Below, piece after piece: positions 28,575 to 37,813 of a stretch of 64,000 nt of DNA (position 1 is the stretch's first letter; each line of letters opens with the position of its first letter). Under the pieces are notes generated by a model, which did no database searches, was not told where the DNA came from, and saw only the letters and a list, made by a program, of their open reading frames with translations. The stretch lies in assembly GCA_027492205.1 (NCBI GenBank), contig JAOZFN010000011.1, positions 32,001-96,000 of the forward strand. The letters run 5' to 3'. A program made the position numbers and the translations under genes. Source of the stretch: Thermoproteota archaeon. GTDB taxonomy: Archaea; Korarchaeota; Korarchaeia; Korarchaeales; Korarchaeaceae.

Positions 28575-31273
28575 GGTGCCGCCGATTGGAGGACGCCAGG
28601 ATTGTGGGCTACGTGATGTCGGGGTCGACTCCAACGAGGATAGCGTTCGTCGTTCGAAGAGACAGGAGAGTTGCCGTTGGAAGGTACTACGGGTTTAAAC
28701 ACCCGTTCTTTGGTCCGGACGGGCCCACGGTCTTCGTCCGGGTCTACGAGATCACCGCGATCAACGAGGAGATGGAGTCGGGCAGGGCCGCGGTCCTGGC
28801 ATCCTCCTCCGGGCTCGTCCCGGACTACCCCAGCGAGCTGGAGTACCTTCTCGCTGAGTCGGAGGTGCTCGGGTACAGGGATCCAGCCACGGGGGAGATA
28901 ACGCCCCTAGAGTCTCCCCCGTCCACCATGACGCCGGTGCTGGAGCCGACGGCCGAGGAGCTGGCCCGCTTCGTCGGAGACACCGCCACCGGCGGGACCC
29001 CCGTGAGGGTGGGGGCGATGAGGGGCCTCGGAGCCCCCCTCCACCTGGACCTCGACGCCATCGCCAGGGGGCACATGTTCGTCGCGGGCATGACCAGGTC
29101 GGGTAAGAGCGTATCTGGAGACACTGTAGTGGCGATCTACGACGTTGCAGAGGACAGGATGTGGCTCGGCCCCATCGGGGACTTCTTCGCGGCCATGAGG
29201 GGCAGGGTGGGGGGGGTTAGGTTCTTCACGCTCGCCCTCAACAGGAGGACCCTCCAGCCCGAGTGGGCGCCGGTCAAGGCGGTCTTGGCCCACCCCGCCC
29301 CCAGGAGGATGTACGAGATCGTCACGGAGACCGGTCGGAGGCTGAGGGTGACCGGCGACCACTCCCTCCTTGTGTTCAGGGGCGGCAGGGTAGTCGCCGT
29401 CAGGCCCGAGTCGGTGAGGGTGGGCAGGGACTACGTGATCGTCCCCTGGGGCGGCGGGGAATTGGGCAGGGGGGGGATCGACAGGCCGGAGGCGATGGTG
29501 GCTGGGGTGGTGGCGGCTCAGGGGCTCCCGTGGAGGGGTGGAAGTGAGGTCTTCGTCTTCGGCGTGCCGGAGGACTTCACGCTCTCCCTCGCTTCTCTGG
29601 GGATCGACTGGGCCGAGCTTCGCGATCCTTCGAGCGTTTTAATTAGTGGAGAAGGGATCGTGAGAGTCGCCGCGCGAGAAGGACCGGCCTTTGCCCTCAG
29701 ATTCGATGGCAGAACCGCTAAAGCGGCCATTTACTCCTCTCTGAACTCGATGGGCTCTGCCTGCAACGGAAATGGAAACTTCACGGTGTTCTCAAACTCC
29801 CAGCTGGAGCTCCGGATAGCGTCGATCCTGGCCGGGATAGTCGGGGTCAGGACTGTGGAGCTCGGGGAAGGTTACCTCATCCTGGACTCTAAGGACTTCA
29901 GGATCCTCAAGGAGGACGTCACCGGGAGGCTCAGCGGAGCGGGGGCGCTCACGATCCGAATCCCGCTCGACGGCCCTCGAAAGATCAGGCTCCTGGCAAA
30001 GAAGATCCTCGGCCCGGGAGATCTCGTGGACAAGGAGAGGCTCCTAAGGGCCCAAGAGAAGATTACGAGGCTGCTGGAGAAAGCGGGCAGCTCCAGGGAC
30101 CGGGCCCAGCTCGAGAGGCTCGCCAGGCTCATAGGCAGGATCCTGAACGCCAGGGTCACGTTCGAGAAGGTGGCCGCCGTGATGGAGGTTGACTCGGAGG
30201 AGGAGCTCGTCTACGACCTGAGCGTCGAAAGGCGCGAGAACTTCCTGGCTAACGGCGTCTTCGTCCACAACAGCAGCTTCACGCTGAACCTGATCAGGAG
30301 GGGCATGGAGGTCAACCCCAGCCCAAGGTTCCTGATACTCGACAGGAGGGGGGAGTACGAGGGCCTCGCCGACCTGGGCGGGACCGTGATGGAGTACAGG
30401 GCCTTCCTACCGACGTCGGGCGCCCTCAGGCCGGAGGACGTCGCCCGCAGGGCCGGGCTAGACAGGGGGACCAGGGCGTGGGAGCTGACCGTGATGGCGG
30501 CCGAGGAGGCTGCGGCTGCGGGGGACGCGACCGTGGACGGCATAATCTCGAGGGCTCGAGCCCTGGCCGCCAGGATGGCCCTCAGGGACAGGACGCACCT
30601 CCTCCGCCGCCTCGAGGCGAGGCTCAGGAGGGCCGCCCACGATATAGAGAGGTCCAGGGGGGAGGGCGTCGACGTGGTGAAGGTCCTCAGGGAATTCCCG
30701 GCGGTGGTGGTCGACCTGAGCCTCGACAACCACTACGACGACCAGTTTGTGGCCCTCCGCAGTATGATCAGGAGGCTGGTGTCGCACGCGGTCGGCAGGA
30801 GGAAGGCCGGGGACTTCGCAGCCATAGTGGTGGTGGAGGAGGCCCAGTACCTCGCCCCGGAGAGAGGGTCGCCGGTGGTGGGCGACCCCTACGGCTCCGG
30901 CGTGGCGTCGGCCCTGACCGAGGCCATCAGCCAGGCCGGGGGATACAACCTAGGGTTCGTCGTGGTGACGCAGAGGCCGAGCTACGTGTCCAAGGGGGTC
31001 ATCAGCCAGTGCAACACAGTCGCCGCCTTCAGGCTGCAGAGCGGAAACGACCAAGAGGCTATAGCCAAGTACACCGAGGCGGGCGAGGCAGTGGTCAGGT
31101 TCCTGCCGTCCCTCAGGGACCACGAGGCGGTCGTGTGGGGAATGGCCAGCCCGATCCCATTCCCCGTCCTGGTCAGGGTGGAGGTGGAGGCCTTCCCGTC
31201 AAAGGCCTCGGCGAGGCCCAGCGAGGCCTGGAGGAGGATGGCCAGGGCCCAGGGGGGGCCGGGGCCGAGGTGA
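28571..31273 (+). CDS. herA: HerA-family ATPase/helicase (HAS barrel + RecA-like) containing an intein
   Basis: N-terminal HAS-barrel-like region, H.FVAGMTRSGK|S Walker A, ILDRRGEY, VVEEAQ Walker B, TQRPS, SQCNT. Confidence 0.88.
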   Translation: MRCRRLEDARIVGYVMSGSTPTRIAFVVRRDRRVAVGRYYGFKHPFFGPDGPTVFVRVYEITAINEEMESGRAAVLASSSGLVPDYPSELEYLLAESEVLGYRDPATGEITPLESPPSTMTPVLEPTAEELARFVGDTATGGTPVRVGAMRGLGAPLHLDLDAIARGHMFVAGMTRSGKSVSGDTVVAIYDVAEDRMWLGPIGDFFAAMRGRVGGVRFFTLALNRRTLQPEWAPVKAVLAHPAPRRMYEIVTETGRRLRVTGDHSLLVFRGGRVVAVRPESVRVGRDYVIVPWGGGELGRGGIDRPEAMVAGVVAAQGLPWRGGSEVFVFGVPEDFTLSLASLGIDWAELRDPSSVLISGEGIVRVAAREGPAFALRFDGRTAKAAIYSSLNSMGSACNGNGNFTVFSNSQLELRIASILAGIVGVRTVELGEGYLILDSKDFRILKEDVTGRLSGAGALTIRIPLDGPRKIRLLAKKILGPGDLVDKERLLRAQEKITRLLEKAGSSRDRAQLERLARLIGRILNARVTFEKVAAVMEVDSEEELVYDLSVERRENFLANGVFVHNSSFTLNLIRRGMEVNPSPRFLILDRRGEYEGLADLGGTVMEYRAFLPTSGALRPEDVARRAGLDRGTRAWELTVMAAEEAAAAGDATVDGIISRARALAARMALRDRTHLLRRLEARLRRAAHDIERSRGEGVDVVKVLREFPAVVVDLSLDNHYDDQFVALRSMIRRLVSHAVGRRKAGDFAAIVVVEEAQYLAPERGSPVVGDPYGSGVASALTEAISQAGGYNLGFVVVTQRPSYVSKGVISQCNTVAAFRLQSGNDQEAIAKYTEAGEAVVRFLPSLRDHEAVVWGMASPIPFPVLVRVEVEAFPSKASARPSEAWRRMARAQGGPGPR
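29108..30271 (+). mobile_element. Intein (388 aa) in the HerA Walker A motif with a degenerate LAGLIDADG-like region
   Basis: Starts SVSGDT (block A), has VTGDHSL (block B TxxH), ends VYDLSV...NFLANGVFVHN|S (blocks F/G); removal restores GMTRSGKS. Confidence 0.93.
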
Positions 31274-31433
31274 GGCGGTCAGACGAACCTCGCGGCGGGA
31301 CTGCCAGGAGAACTCTCAAGTAACTTCTTTGAGTTTTTGCATTACAGAAGTTATTTATTTTTTTGTTTCAACGCGGAGCCTGAAATTGCCGAAACCCTTA
31401 AAAGGAAGATCGGAGACATCTCCCGGGACCCGC

Positions 31434-34400
31434 ATGAGGTCACGGCTTCAGAGAGCTTTCTGGGCCGCGGTCCCCATCCTCGTCTTCGTTGCGGGTTCGC
31501 CCCTCCTAACTGGGGGGGCGTACGGGCCGGTCAACGGGCAGCCATCGCCCGATACGTCCGCAGTGACCCCCGTTGACGGAAGCGTGAGAGAAGCGAGGGT
31601 GCTGGGGCAGAGTGTGGGGGAGCCGGGCGGGTACCCCTTCGCCGGCTGGTACACGGACTCCGTCGCCGTAGACGAAGCAGGAGACACGGCGATCTTCGCT
31701 TGGGTCTCGGTAGACAGTCAGGGAGACAGAGACGCGGTCTATCTGATGTTTATGAGGTTCGGCGAGTGGAACGCGACGAAGAGGGTGGAGAGGGCCGCCC
31801 TCTGGGAGGACGTCGTGAGCCTAGACTCCATCGCCGTGGGGGGCGGCGTGATCCTCGTGACGATGACCGAGACCGAGTCTGATGGCTCTCAGACCGACGT
31901 CTACGCGTCCATTTTCACAACGGACGGGCAGCACGTGTGGAGCGGCCTGGTGGCCGACACGGTTGACGTGTACGATGAGTACAGCAGGTCCTGCTGGGTT
32001 TCTGGATGGAATAAGTTCCTGGTGGTGTGGTGGAACGGGCTCGACCACCACGTGTACGGGAGGACGGTGGCCCCAGACGGTACGCTCGGGGCGATCATCG
32101 ACATCACGGACACCGACTCCGGGACCTCCATGAGCTGGAGGGACGCCGATCAGATTCTCTGCGTTGGAGGGTCTGACAAGGCCCTCGTCATATACAGGTA
32201 CCTGGACTCTTTGGGGGACTTCGGCGCGTACGCCAGGTTCGTCAGGTCTGACGGATCCGTCAGCTCCTACGTATCCGTGTACGACTACTACGCGTCGGAT
32301 GAGATGTTGGGCGTGAGGGGGGACTACCTCTCAGGGTACTTCCTAGTCCCCTTCATCTCCGGGGGTAAGGTTGGGTACGCGGTCCTTGGCGAGTCAGGGG
32401 AGAACAGGGAGTACTACACCAGCTATCCCTTCCTGGGAGACGGCAGACACCCTTACGCCATTTCGGCGGGAGATAGGTTCGTCCTAGCTTGGATCTCGGC
32501 CTCCAACAACGGGGATGTGGTCGTGGGCAATGTGGATCCCGACACCTGGGGCATAAGCTCCATCACGGTCGAGTCCACTTCGGAGCGCGCGGAGCACCCG
32601 ATCGTGGCCAGCGACCAGGCGGAGGGGAAGTACCTCTTGGTGTGGACGGGCGGACCCGCGCCAGGGGAGTACGACGTCAAGTACGCGGTTCTCAGTGCTC
32701 AGGATCCAGATCAGGCGCCCTCAATCTCCTCGGGGCCCAACACGCTCGTCTCGGATCAGAGAGACCAGGTTGCCGACGCCCTGGGGCTAGTCGCCTCTGA
32801 CAAGTTCGCGGTCCTCTTCAGGGACTGGAGGGACGGGGAGGTCGACCTTTCCGCATTCGTGTCTCTACCGTCTGCCGAGCCCGCTGGCTCGGTGGATCCC
32901 TACTTCCTGCCAGCCCAGGGCGCCGAATACAAGGCGCGGCTCATCGACCTCATAGAATCTTCCTCCTTCGAGGTTTACGCTGCCGTGGCCTTCTTCCAAG
33001 ACCTGGAGGTCGCAGAGGCCCTCGCCGACGCCCACGACAGGGGCGTAGACGTCAGGGTGATCGTGGACGACTCTCCCAACAACACGGATGTCGTGAACCT
33101 CCTGACCGCCCGTGGGGTTCCGGTCATCGACGACTCCTCGCTGGGAGATCCCGACCACATCATGCACGACAAGTTCGTCGTGATCGACCGGGCCTGGCTT
33201 GTGGTGGCCACCACCAACTTGATCCCCGAGGACCTCACCACGAACAACAACACGGCCGTCCTGATCGAGGCCACCGCCCCGGCCTATCACTACAGGCGGG
33301 AGTTCCTCCAAATGTGGAACGGCGGCATCGGGAGGTTCGGCGTGGAGAAAGAGGACGACATGAGCTTCATCTCCCTCCTCAGCCTGGGGGGGAGGACCCT
33401 GCGGGTCGAGGGGTACTTCAACCCGACCGACTACGGCTACAGGACCAAGATCCCGGACCACATATCTTGGTACGTCAACAGGTCATCGGACCGCATCTAC
33501 TTCGCCTCCTACATATTCACCACCAGCTGGACGGTTGACCCCGTAGCCGACGCCCTCGAATCCAGGTTCGCGGCGGGGGTCCAGGTGAGGGGCGTCATGG
33601 ACGAGACGATGAACCTGAACACCCCGGGTAGGAGGTGCTACGAACTCATGGGCGCCGGGATACCGGTAGCCTATCCCCACATCTACCCCCACTACATGCA
33701 CGACAAGGTATTCTCCGTGGACGGCACCGTGGCCATCCTGGGGAGCTACAACCCCACGGGCTCGGCGACGCTCGTTCACGACGAGAACCTCCTGGTCCTG
33801 GTCGATCCGGACCCCTCCGGGATCGCGGCCGGCGTGGAGGGCCACGTCTCGGCCATGTTCGACCAGTGGTTCAGCCCCGACTACTCCTGGAGGTCTGCCC
33901 ACCTGACGATAAACAGGGTCGCGTTCAGGCCCGACGCGTCTGGCCAGCCGAACCTGGAGTGGGTCACCCTGTACAACCCCACCGGCAGGCCCGTGGCGCT
34001 CGGAAGACTGGGCCTTGGCGATATCGACGACCTCTTCAGCGACGCCGACGACGGCCTCTACCAGTTCCCGCCGGGCTACTCCGCGCCGGGCGGGGGGTAC
34101 GTCGTGGTCGCCTATCGGGCCTCCGACTTCGAGTCCGTTTACGGCTTTGCCCCGGACTTCGAGATCGTAGACACCGATCCCACGGTCCCGGACATGATAA
34201 AGATTCGGCCGGGGGACTTCTCGGGTTCCTGGGACCTCTCTGACGCTGGAGACGAGGTTGTACTGGTGGAGATCTCCGACGACTTCATCAAGGTGATCGA
34301 CGCGGCCTGGTACGGGTCCAGCGCATACCTCCCGTCTCCCCCGTCACCCCTGGACATCACGGGGATCCAGTTCGGCGGGTTCAGGGAGAGGGTGGACGGG

Positions 34401-34583
34401 GTCTACGACGTGGACCCCAACGAGAGGTATTCGCTGGCGAGCTTCCCGGACGTATCTCAGTTTGACCCCAAGCCCATGCCCGTCGGTGGTCGAATCGCGG
34501 CCGCCTGGACCCCCGCCAGGGTGATCACGCTAGTCGGCGCGGCCGCCGCGGCCTGGTTCCTGGCGAGGTCCAGGAGGGGGTGA
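31434..34583 (+). CDS. Secreted phospholipase D-family (Nuc-like) protein with lamin-tail domain and C-terminal anchor
   Basis: Signal peptide; beta-rich N-domain; two HKD motifs (MHDKFVVID, MHDKVFSVD + GSYN); LTD-like INRV...EWVTLYNPT; PVGG-TM-RSRRG tail. Confidence 0.85.
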   Translation: MRSRLQRAFWAAVPILVFVAGSPLLTGGAYGPVNGQPSPDTSAVTPVDGSVREARVLGQSVGEPGGYPFAGWYTDSVAVDEAGDTAIFAWVSVDSQGDRDAVYLMFMRFGEWNATKRVERAALWEDVVSLDSIAVGGGVILVTMTETESDGSQTDVYASIFTTDGQHVWSGLVADTVDVYDEYSRSCWVSGWNKFLVVWWNGLDHHVYGRTVAPDGTLGAIIDITDTDSGTSMSWRDADQILCVGGSDKALVIYRYLDSLGDFGAYARFVRSDGSVSSYVSVYDYYASDEMLGVRGDYLSGYFLVPFISGGKVGYAVLGESGENREYYTSYPFLGDGRHPYAISAGDRFVLAWISASNNGDVVVGNVDPDTWGISSITVESTSERAEHPIVASDQAEGKYLLVWTGGPAPGEYDVKYAVLSAQDPDQAPSISSGPNTLVSDQRDQVADALGLVASDKFAVLFRDWRDGEVDLSAFVSLPSAEPAGSVDPYFLPAQGAEYKARLIDLIESSSFEVYAAVAFFQDLEVAEALADAHDRGVDVRVIVDDSPNNTDVVNLLTARGVPVIDDSSLGDPDHIMHDKFVVIDRAWLVVATTNLIPEDLTTNNNTAVLIEATAPAYHYRREFLQMWNGGIGRFGVEKEDDMSFISLLSLGGRTLRVEGYFNPTDYGYRTKIPDHISWYVNRSSDRIYFASYIFTTSWTVDPVADALESRFAAGVQVRGVMDETMNLNTPGRRCYELMGAGIPVAYPHIYPHYMHDKVFSVDGTVAILGSYNPTGSATLVHDENLLVLVDPDPSGIAAGVEGHVSAMFDQWFSPDYSWRSAHLTINRVAFRPDASGQPNLEWVTLYNPTGRPVALGRLGLGDIDDLFSDADDGLYQFPPGYSAPGGGYVVVAYRASDFESVYGFAPDFEIVDTDPTVPDMIKIRPGDFSGSWDLSDAGDEVVLVEISDDFIKVIDAAWYGSSAYLPSPPSPLDITGIQFGGFRERVDGVYDVDPNERYSLASFPDVSQFDPKPMPVGGRIAAAWTPARVITLVGAAAAAWFLARSRRG

Positions 34584-34647
34584 GGCTCGAGCCTCACCCC
34601 CCATCAACTTTTTGTCAACGGGTTGCTCGAGGGGTCGGTGACGGAGT

Positions 34648-35067
34648 ATGGCGACTTGGCTCTTCTACGCCCTGCTCTCGGCGATCTTCGCCGGCCTGGT
34701 TGGAGTGGTGGGTAAGATAGGCGTCGAGGAGGTCGATCCGATAACCGCCACGGCGATTAGGGCCGTCATAATGGCCATACTCTCGGCGCTTTTCGCGGCG
34801 GCGATCGGGAGGACCGACCTGAGCAAGGTGGACGCCAGGGCCTTGGGATTCATAGCCCTGGCTGGCCTCTTCGGAGCCTCCTCCTGGATGGCCTACTTCA
34901 AGGCCCTCAGCGTGGGCGAGGCGTCGAGGGTCATCCCCATCGACAGGACCAGCGTCGTCTTCGGGGTCGTGCTCGCGGCCCTCGTGCTCGGAGAGAGGCT
35001 GACGCTGCCGAAGGTGGTCGGGAGCCTCTTGATAGTGGTGGGCGCTATCATCGTCTCCATGTTCTGA
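34648..35067 (+). CDS. EamA/DMT family transporter
   Basis: ALLSA.FAG...K.G, ATAIR, YFKAL, V.PIDRTS, LGE motifs. Confidence 0.9.
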   Translation: MATWLFYALLSAIFAGLVGVVGKIGVEEVDPITATAIRAVIMAILSALFAAAIGRTDLSKVDARALGFIALAGLFGASSWMAYFKALSVGEASRVIPIDRTSVVFGVVLAALVLGERLTLPKVVGSLLIVVGAIIVSMF

Positions 35068-35088
35068 GGGCTGAGAAGAGGACCCAAC

Positions 35089-35367
35089 TTGACCCGACGC
35101 AGGCGAGCCGGGGCCAGGAAGGGAAAGGCCGAGATAAGGGAGATACTGAGCGCCATGCTGTGGAAGCCGGGTGAGAGGCCCGAGGAGTACGAGATAGTGT
35201 ACATCTCCAGGGGGACGGAGACCGGCCTGGGGTCTGTCAGGGGGAGCGACCTCCTGAAGGTGAGGTCGGACAGGATGGTGCTCCCGGACGGGACGGTCAT
35301 TCCCCTCCACAGGGTGGTCCAGGTGAGGGTGAGGGGGAGGGTGGTCTGGGAGCGCGGGGTCGGGTGA
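35089..35367 (+). CDS. DUF504 (MJ1316-like RNA-repair-associated) protein
   Basis: IREIL..MLW, Y.IVYI.RG, IP.HRV, VVWER. Confidence 0.8.
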   Translation: MTRRRRAGARKGKAEIREILSAMLWKPGERPEEYEIVYISRGTETGLGSVRGSDLLKVRSDRMVLPDGTVIPLHRVVQVRVRGRVVWERGVG

Positions 35368-35403
35368 CGCCGCCCTCCGCGGATCTGGGACCGCCCGGCG
35401 AAG

Positions 35404-36588
35404 TTACAGGAGCTTGAGGGCCTCCTCCGCCAGCTTCTCGCCAAGCTCGCGCGCAGCCCTGAGGTCCTCGTCCCCCGGCGTCCCCCTGACGGCCAGCTCC
35501 CCGACTATCGGCAGCTTCAGCCCCTCTACCACCTCCCTGACGACCCTGAGCGCCCCGCCGCCCCACCCGTAGGAGCCCAGGAGCGCCACTACCTTGTTCT
35601 TGGGCTTGTACTCCGAGAGCAGGTCGAGGTAGAAGGTCACCCCAAGGAAGGGCCTGGCGTTGTGGGTGCTCGACGCTATGACCAGCGCGGCCGACTCCAG
35701 CGTCTCCGAAAGGAGGTCGTCGTAGTCGGCCTCCGCCGTGTCCATGGCCACGACCTCGAACCCCTTGCCCCTCAGACCCTCTGCCGCGGCCTCCGCGAGC
35801 CTCTGCGTGCGCTCGTACTGGCTGCCAAGCACTATCAGGGCCCTCTTGAGGGGGGTCCAGGACGTCCATCTCTCGTAGGTCTTCAGGACGGACTCGACGT
35901 CCCTGTGGAGGGCCCCGTGTCCCGGCGCTATGAGCCTCGGAGAGATCTCCCTGACCTTGGCCACCGCCTTGGCCACCATGGCCGAGTAGACCATCAGGAT
36001 GGAGGAGTAGTAGTCCCTCAGCTCGAAGCCACCCGGGTCCTCGTCGTGGTAGACGGCCGCGCTGGCCCCGTGCGAGCCGAAGAGGTCGCACGTGAAGAGG
36101 ACCCCCTCCTCCTCAAGCAGCGTCATCATGGTGTCTGGCCAGTGCACGAAGGGGGCCGAGACGAACCTGAGGGTCCTGTCCCCGAGGCTGATCGCCTCCC
36201 CGTCCGCCACGGGCTTAGACCTGTCGGCCGGGTAGCTGGAGAGGGAGGTCCCTATCTGAATCGCCTGCCTCGTGCCCACCAGCCTCGCCTTGGGGGCCCT
36301 CCTCAAGACCTCGGCGAGGGTGCCCGAGTGGTCGGGCTCCGTGTGCTGAGAGACGACCAGGGTGATCTCTGAGGGATCCACAACCGTCTCGAGCGCCTCC
36401 CAGAACGCGTCCGAGACCCGCTCATCGGCGCCGTCTATGAGAGCAACTCCCTCAGACCCCTTGACCACGTAGAAGTTATAGGACGTTCCCTTTGGGATGG
36501 GCCAGAAGTTCTCGAACCTCTTGAACGTGGTGTTGAGAACCCTGACGAGGGTGACCCCCGGGGCGACCTCGGCCTTGATCCAGCCCAA
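35404..36588 (-). CDS. fprA: Flavodiiron protein (FprA A-type flavoprotein)
   Basis: GTSYN.Y, HTEPDHSG, HWPDTM, TCDLFG, PGHG, flavodoxin domain GSYGWGG. Confidence 0.93.
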   Translation of the reverse strand: MGWIKAEVAPGVTLVRVLNTTFKRFENFWPIPKGTSYNFYVVKGSEGVALIDGADERVSDAFWEALETVVDPSEITLVVSQHTEPDHSGTLAEVLRRAPKARLVGTRQAIQIGTSLSSYPADRSKPVADGEAISLGDRTLRFVSAPFVHWPDTMMTLLEEEGVLFTCDLFGSHGASAAVYHDEDPGGFELRDYYSSILMVYSAMVAKAVAKVREISPRLIAPGHGALHRDVESVLKTYERWTSWTPLKRALIVLGSQYERTQRLAEAAAEGLRGKGFEVVAMDTAEADYDDLLSETLESAALVIASSTHNARPFLGVTFYLDLLSEYKPKNKVVALLGSYGWGGGALRVVREVVEGLKLPIVGELAVRGTPGDEDLRAARELGEKLAEEALKLL

Positions 36589-36638
36589 GCTTCCACCGGG
36601 CGTCGGAGGCCGACAAACCTGAAAAAATTTACACGCTG

Positions 36639-37337
36639 TTGTGGGGGACGTTGAGGATAGAGGGTCGGCTCGGGTTCGGGCGGTTCAGGTCGAGGCCGAA
36701 CAGGTTTACCGTGGTGCTCGAGACGTCGACGGGGACGAGGAGGTGCCACCTGAGGGATCCGGGCAGGCTGACCGAGATCCTGGTTACGGGGGCCAGGACC
36801 ATATTCTTGGAGAGGGGCGCCCCAGGGAGGAAGACGGACTGCGAGGTGCTCGCCGTGTGGTCGGGGGGCTGGTGGACCGTCGTGAACTCGGGCCTTCACA
36901 CGGAACTGGCCTCGGAGCTGATACTCTCGGGGGTGGTCCCGGAGCTCCCGGCCGACGCCCCCATCAGGAGGGAGGTCAGGTTTGGCGACAGCAGGGTCGA
37001 CCTCATGCTCGGCACCTCCCCGCCCACGCTTGTGGAGGTCAAGGGGTGCACGCTGGTGGTTGATGGGGTGGCCCTGTTCCCGGACGCGCCCACCGAGAGG
37101 GGCACCAGGCACGTCCTGAACCTCATCAGGGCCGTCCGCTCAGGAATGAGGGCCGCGGTGCTGTTCCTGGTGATGCGGCCCGACGCCGAGAGGCTGGAGC
37201 CGAACGAGGAGACCGACCCGAAGTTCGCGGGGGCCCTCAGGGCGGCCCGCCGGAGGGGGGTCGCGCTGCTCGCCCACAAGTTCAGGCTCAGGGGGAGGGT
37301 CATCGAGCCGGCGGGCAGCATACCCGTGGTGGCGTAG
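36639..37337 (+). CDS. sfsA: DNA/RNA nuclease SfsA
   Basis: RPNRF, H..DPGRL.E, SRVD, VEVKGCTL, FPDAPTERG.RH. Confidence 0.93.
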   Translation: MWGTLRIEGRLGFGRFRSRPNRFTVVLETSTGTRRCHLRDPGRLTEILVTGARTIFLERGAPGRKTDCEVLAVWSGGWWTVVNSGLHTELASELILSGVVPELPADAPIRREVRFGDSRVDLMLGTSPPTLVEVKGCTLVVDGVALFPDAPTERGTRHVLNLIRAVRSGMRAAVLFLVMRPDAERLEPNEETDPKFAGALRAARRRGVALLAHKFRLRGRVIEPAGSIPVVA

Positions 37338-37382
37338 CCCGCGGGGGGAGCCCTTATTAACCCCAGACGGGGGCCGCGCGGG

Positions 37383-37733
37383 ATGCGTGACTTGAAGGAG
37401 GCATTTGAGGAGGCCGTGAGGGGGTTCAACGAGTTCCGCAGTCCGGAGGCCGTGGCAGAGCTGATCCACGTTGAGGGAGACGTCGCGGTCGTCAGGATGA
37501 GGGGCCCCTTCTGCGCCTCCTGCGGCCTCTACGACTACTTCGAGGACCTCGCCTGGAGGGTCCGAGATCAGCTGGGCGACGAGGTCGTCGTCGAGGCCGT
37601 TGAAAGGGTGGGGCAGGATGAGTACCTGGCCCTCTACAGGGTGGGGGAGAGGGCGAAGGCCCTCAGGGAGCCCGAGGGGCTGACGGCCCACTTCGGACCG
37701 GGGAGGGTTGAGGACCAGCCCCGGAGGCGATAG
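37383..37733 (+). CDS. Archaeal hypothetical protein with NifU-like CxxC motif
   Basis: FN.FRSPEA.A, V.M.GPFCASCG.YDYFED. Confidence 0.7.
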   Translation: MRDLKEAFEEAVRGFNEFRSPEAVAELIHVEGDVAVVRMRGPFCASCGLYDYFEDLAWRVRDQLGDEVVVEAVERVGQDEYLALYRVGERAKALREPEGLTAHFGPGRVEDQPRRR

Positions 37734-37813
37734 GCCCGGGAACGGGTTGGTTTGTAATTCTAACCGGATTAATTTAAATTAGAAACCAGAGAGGCACGCG
37801 AACAGAGGTTGCC

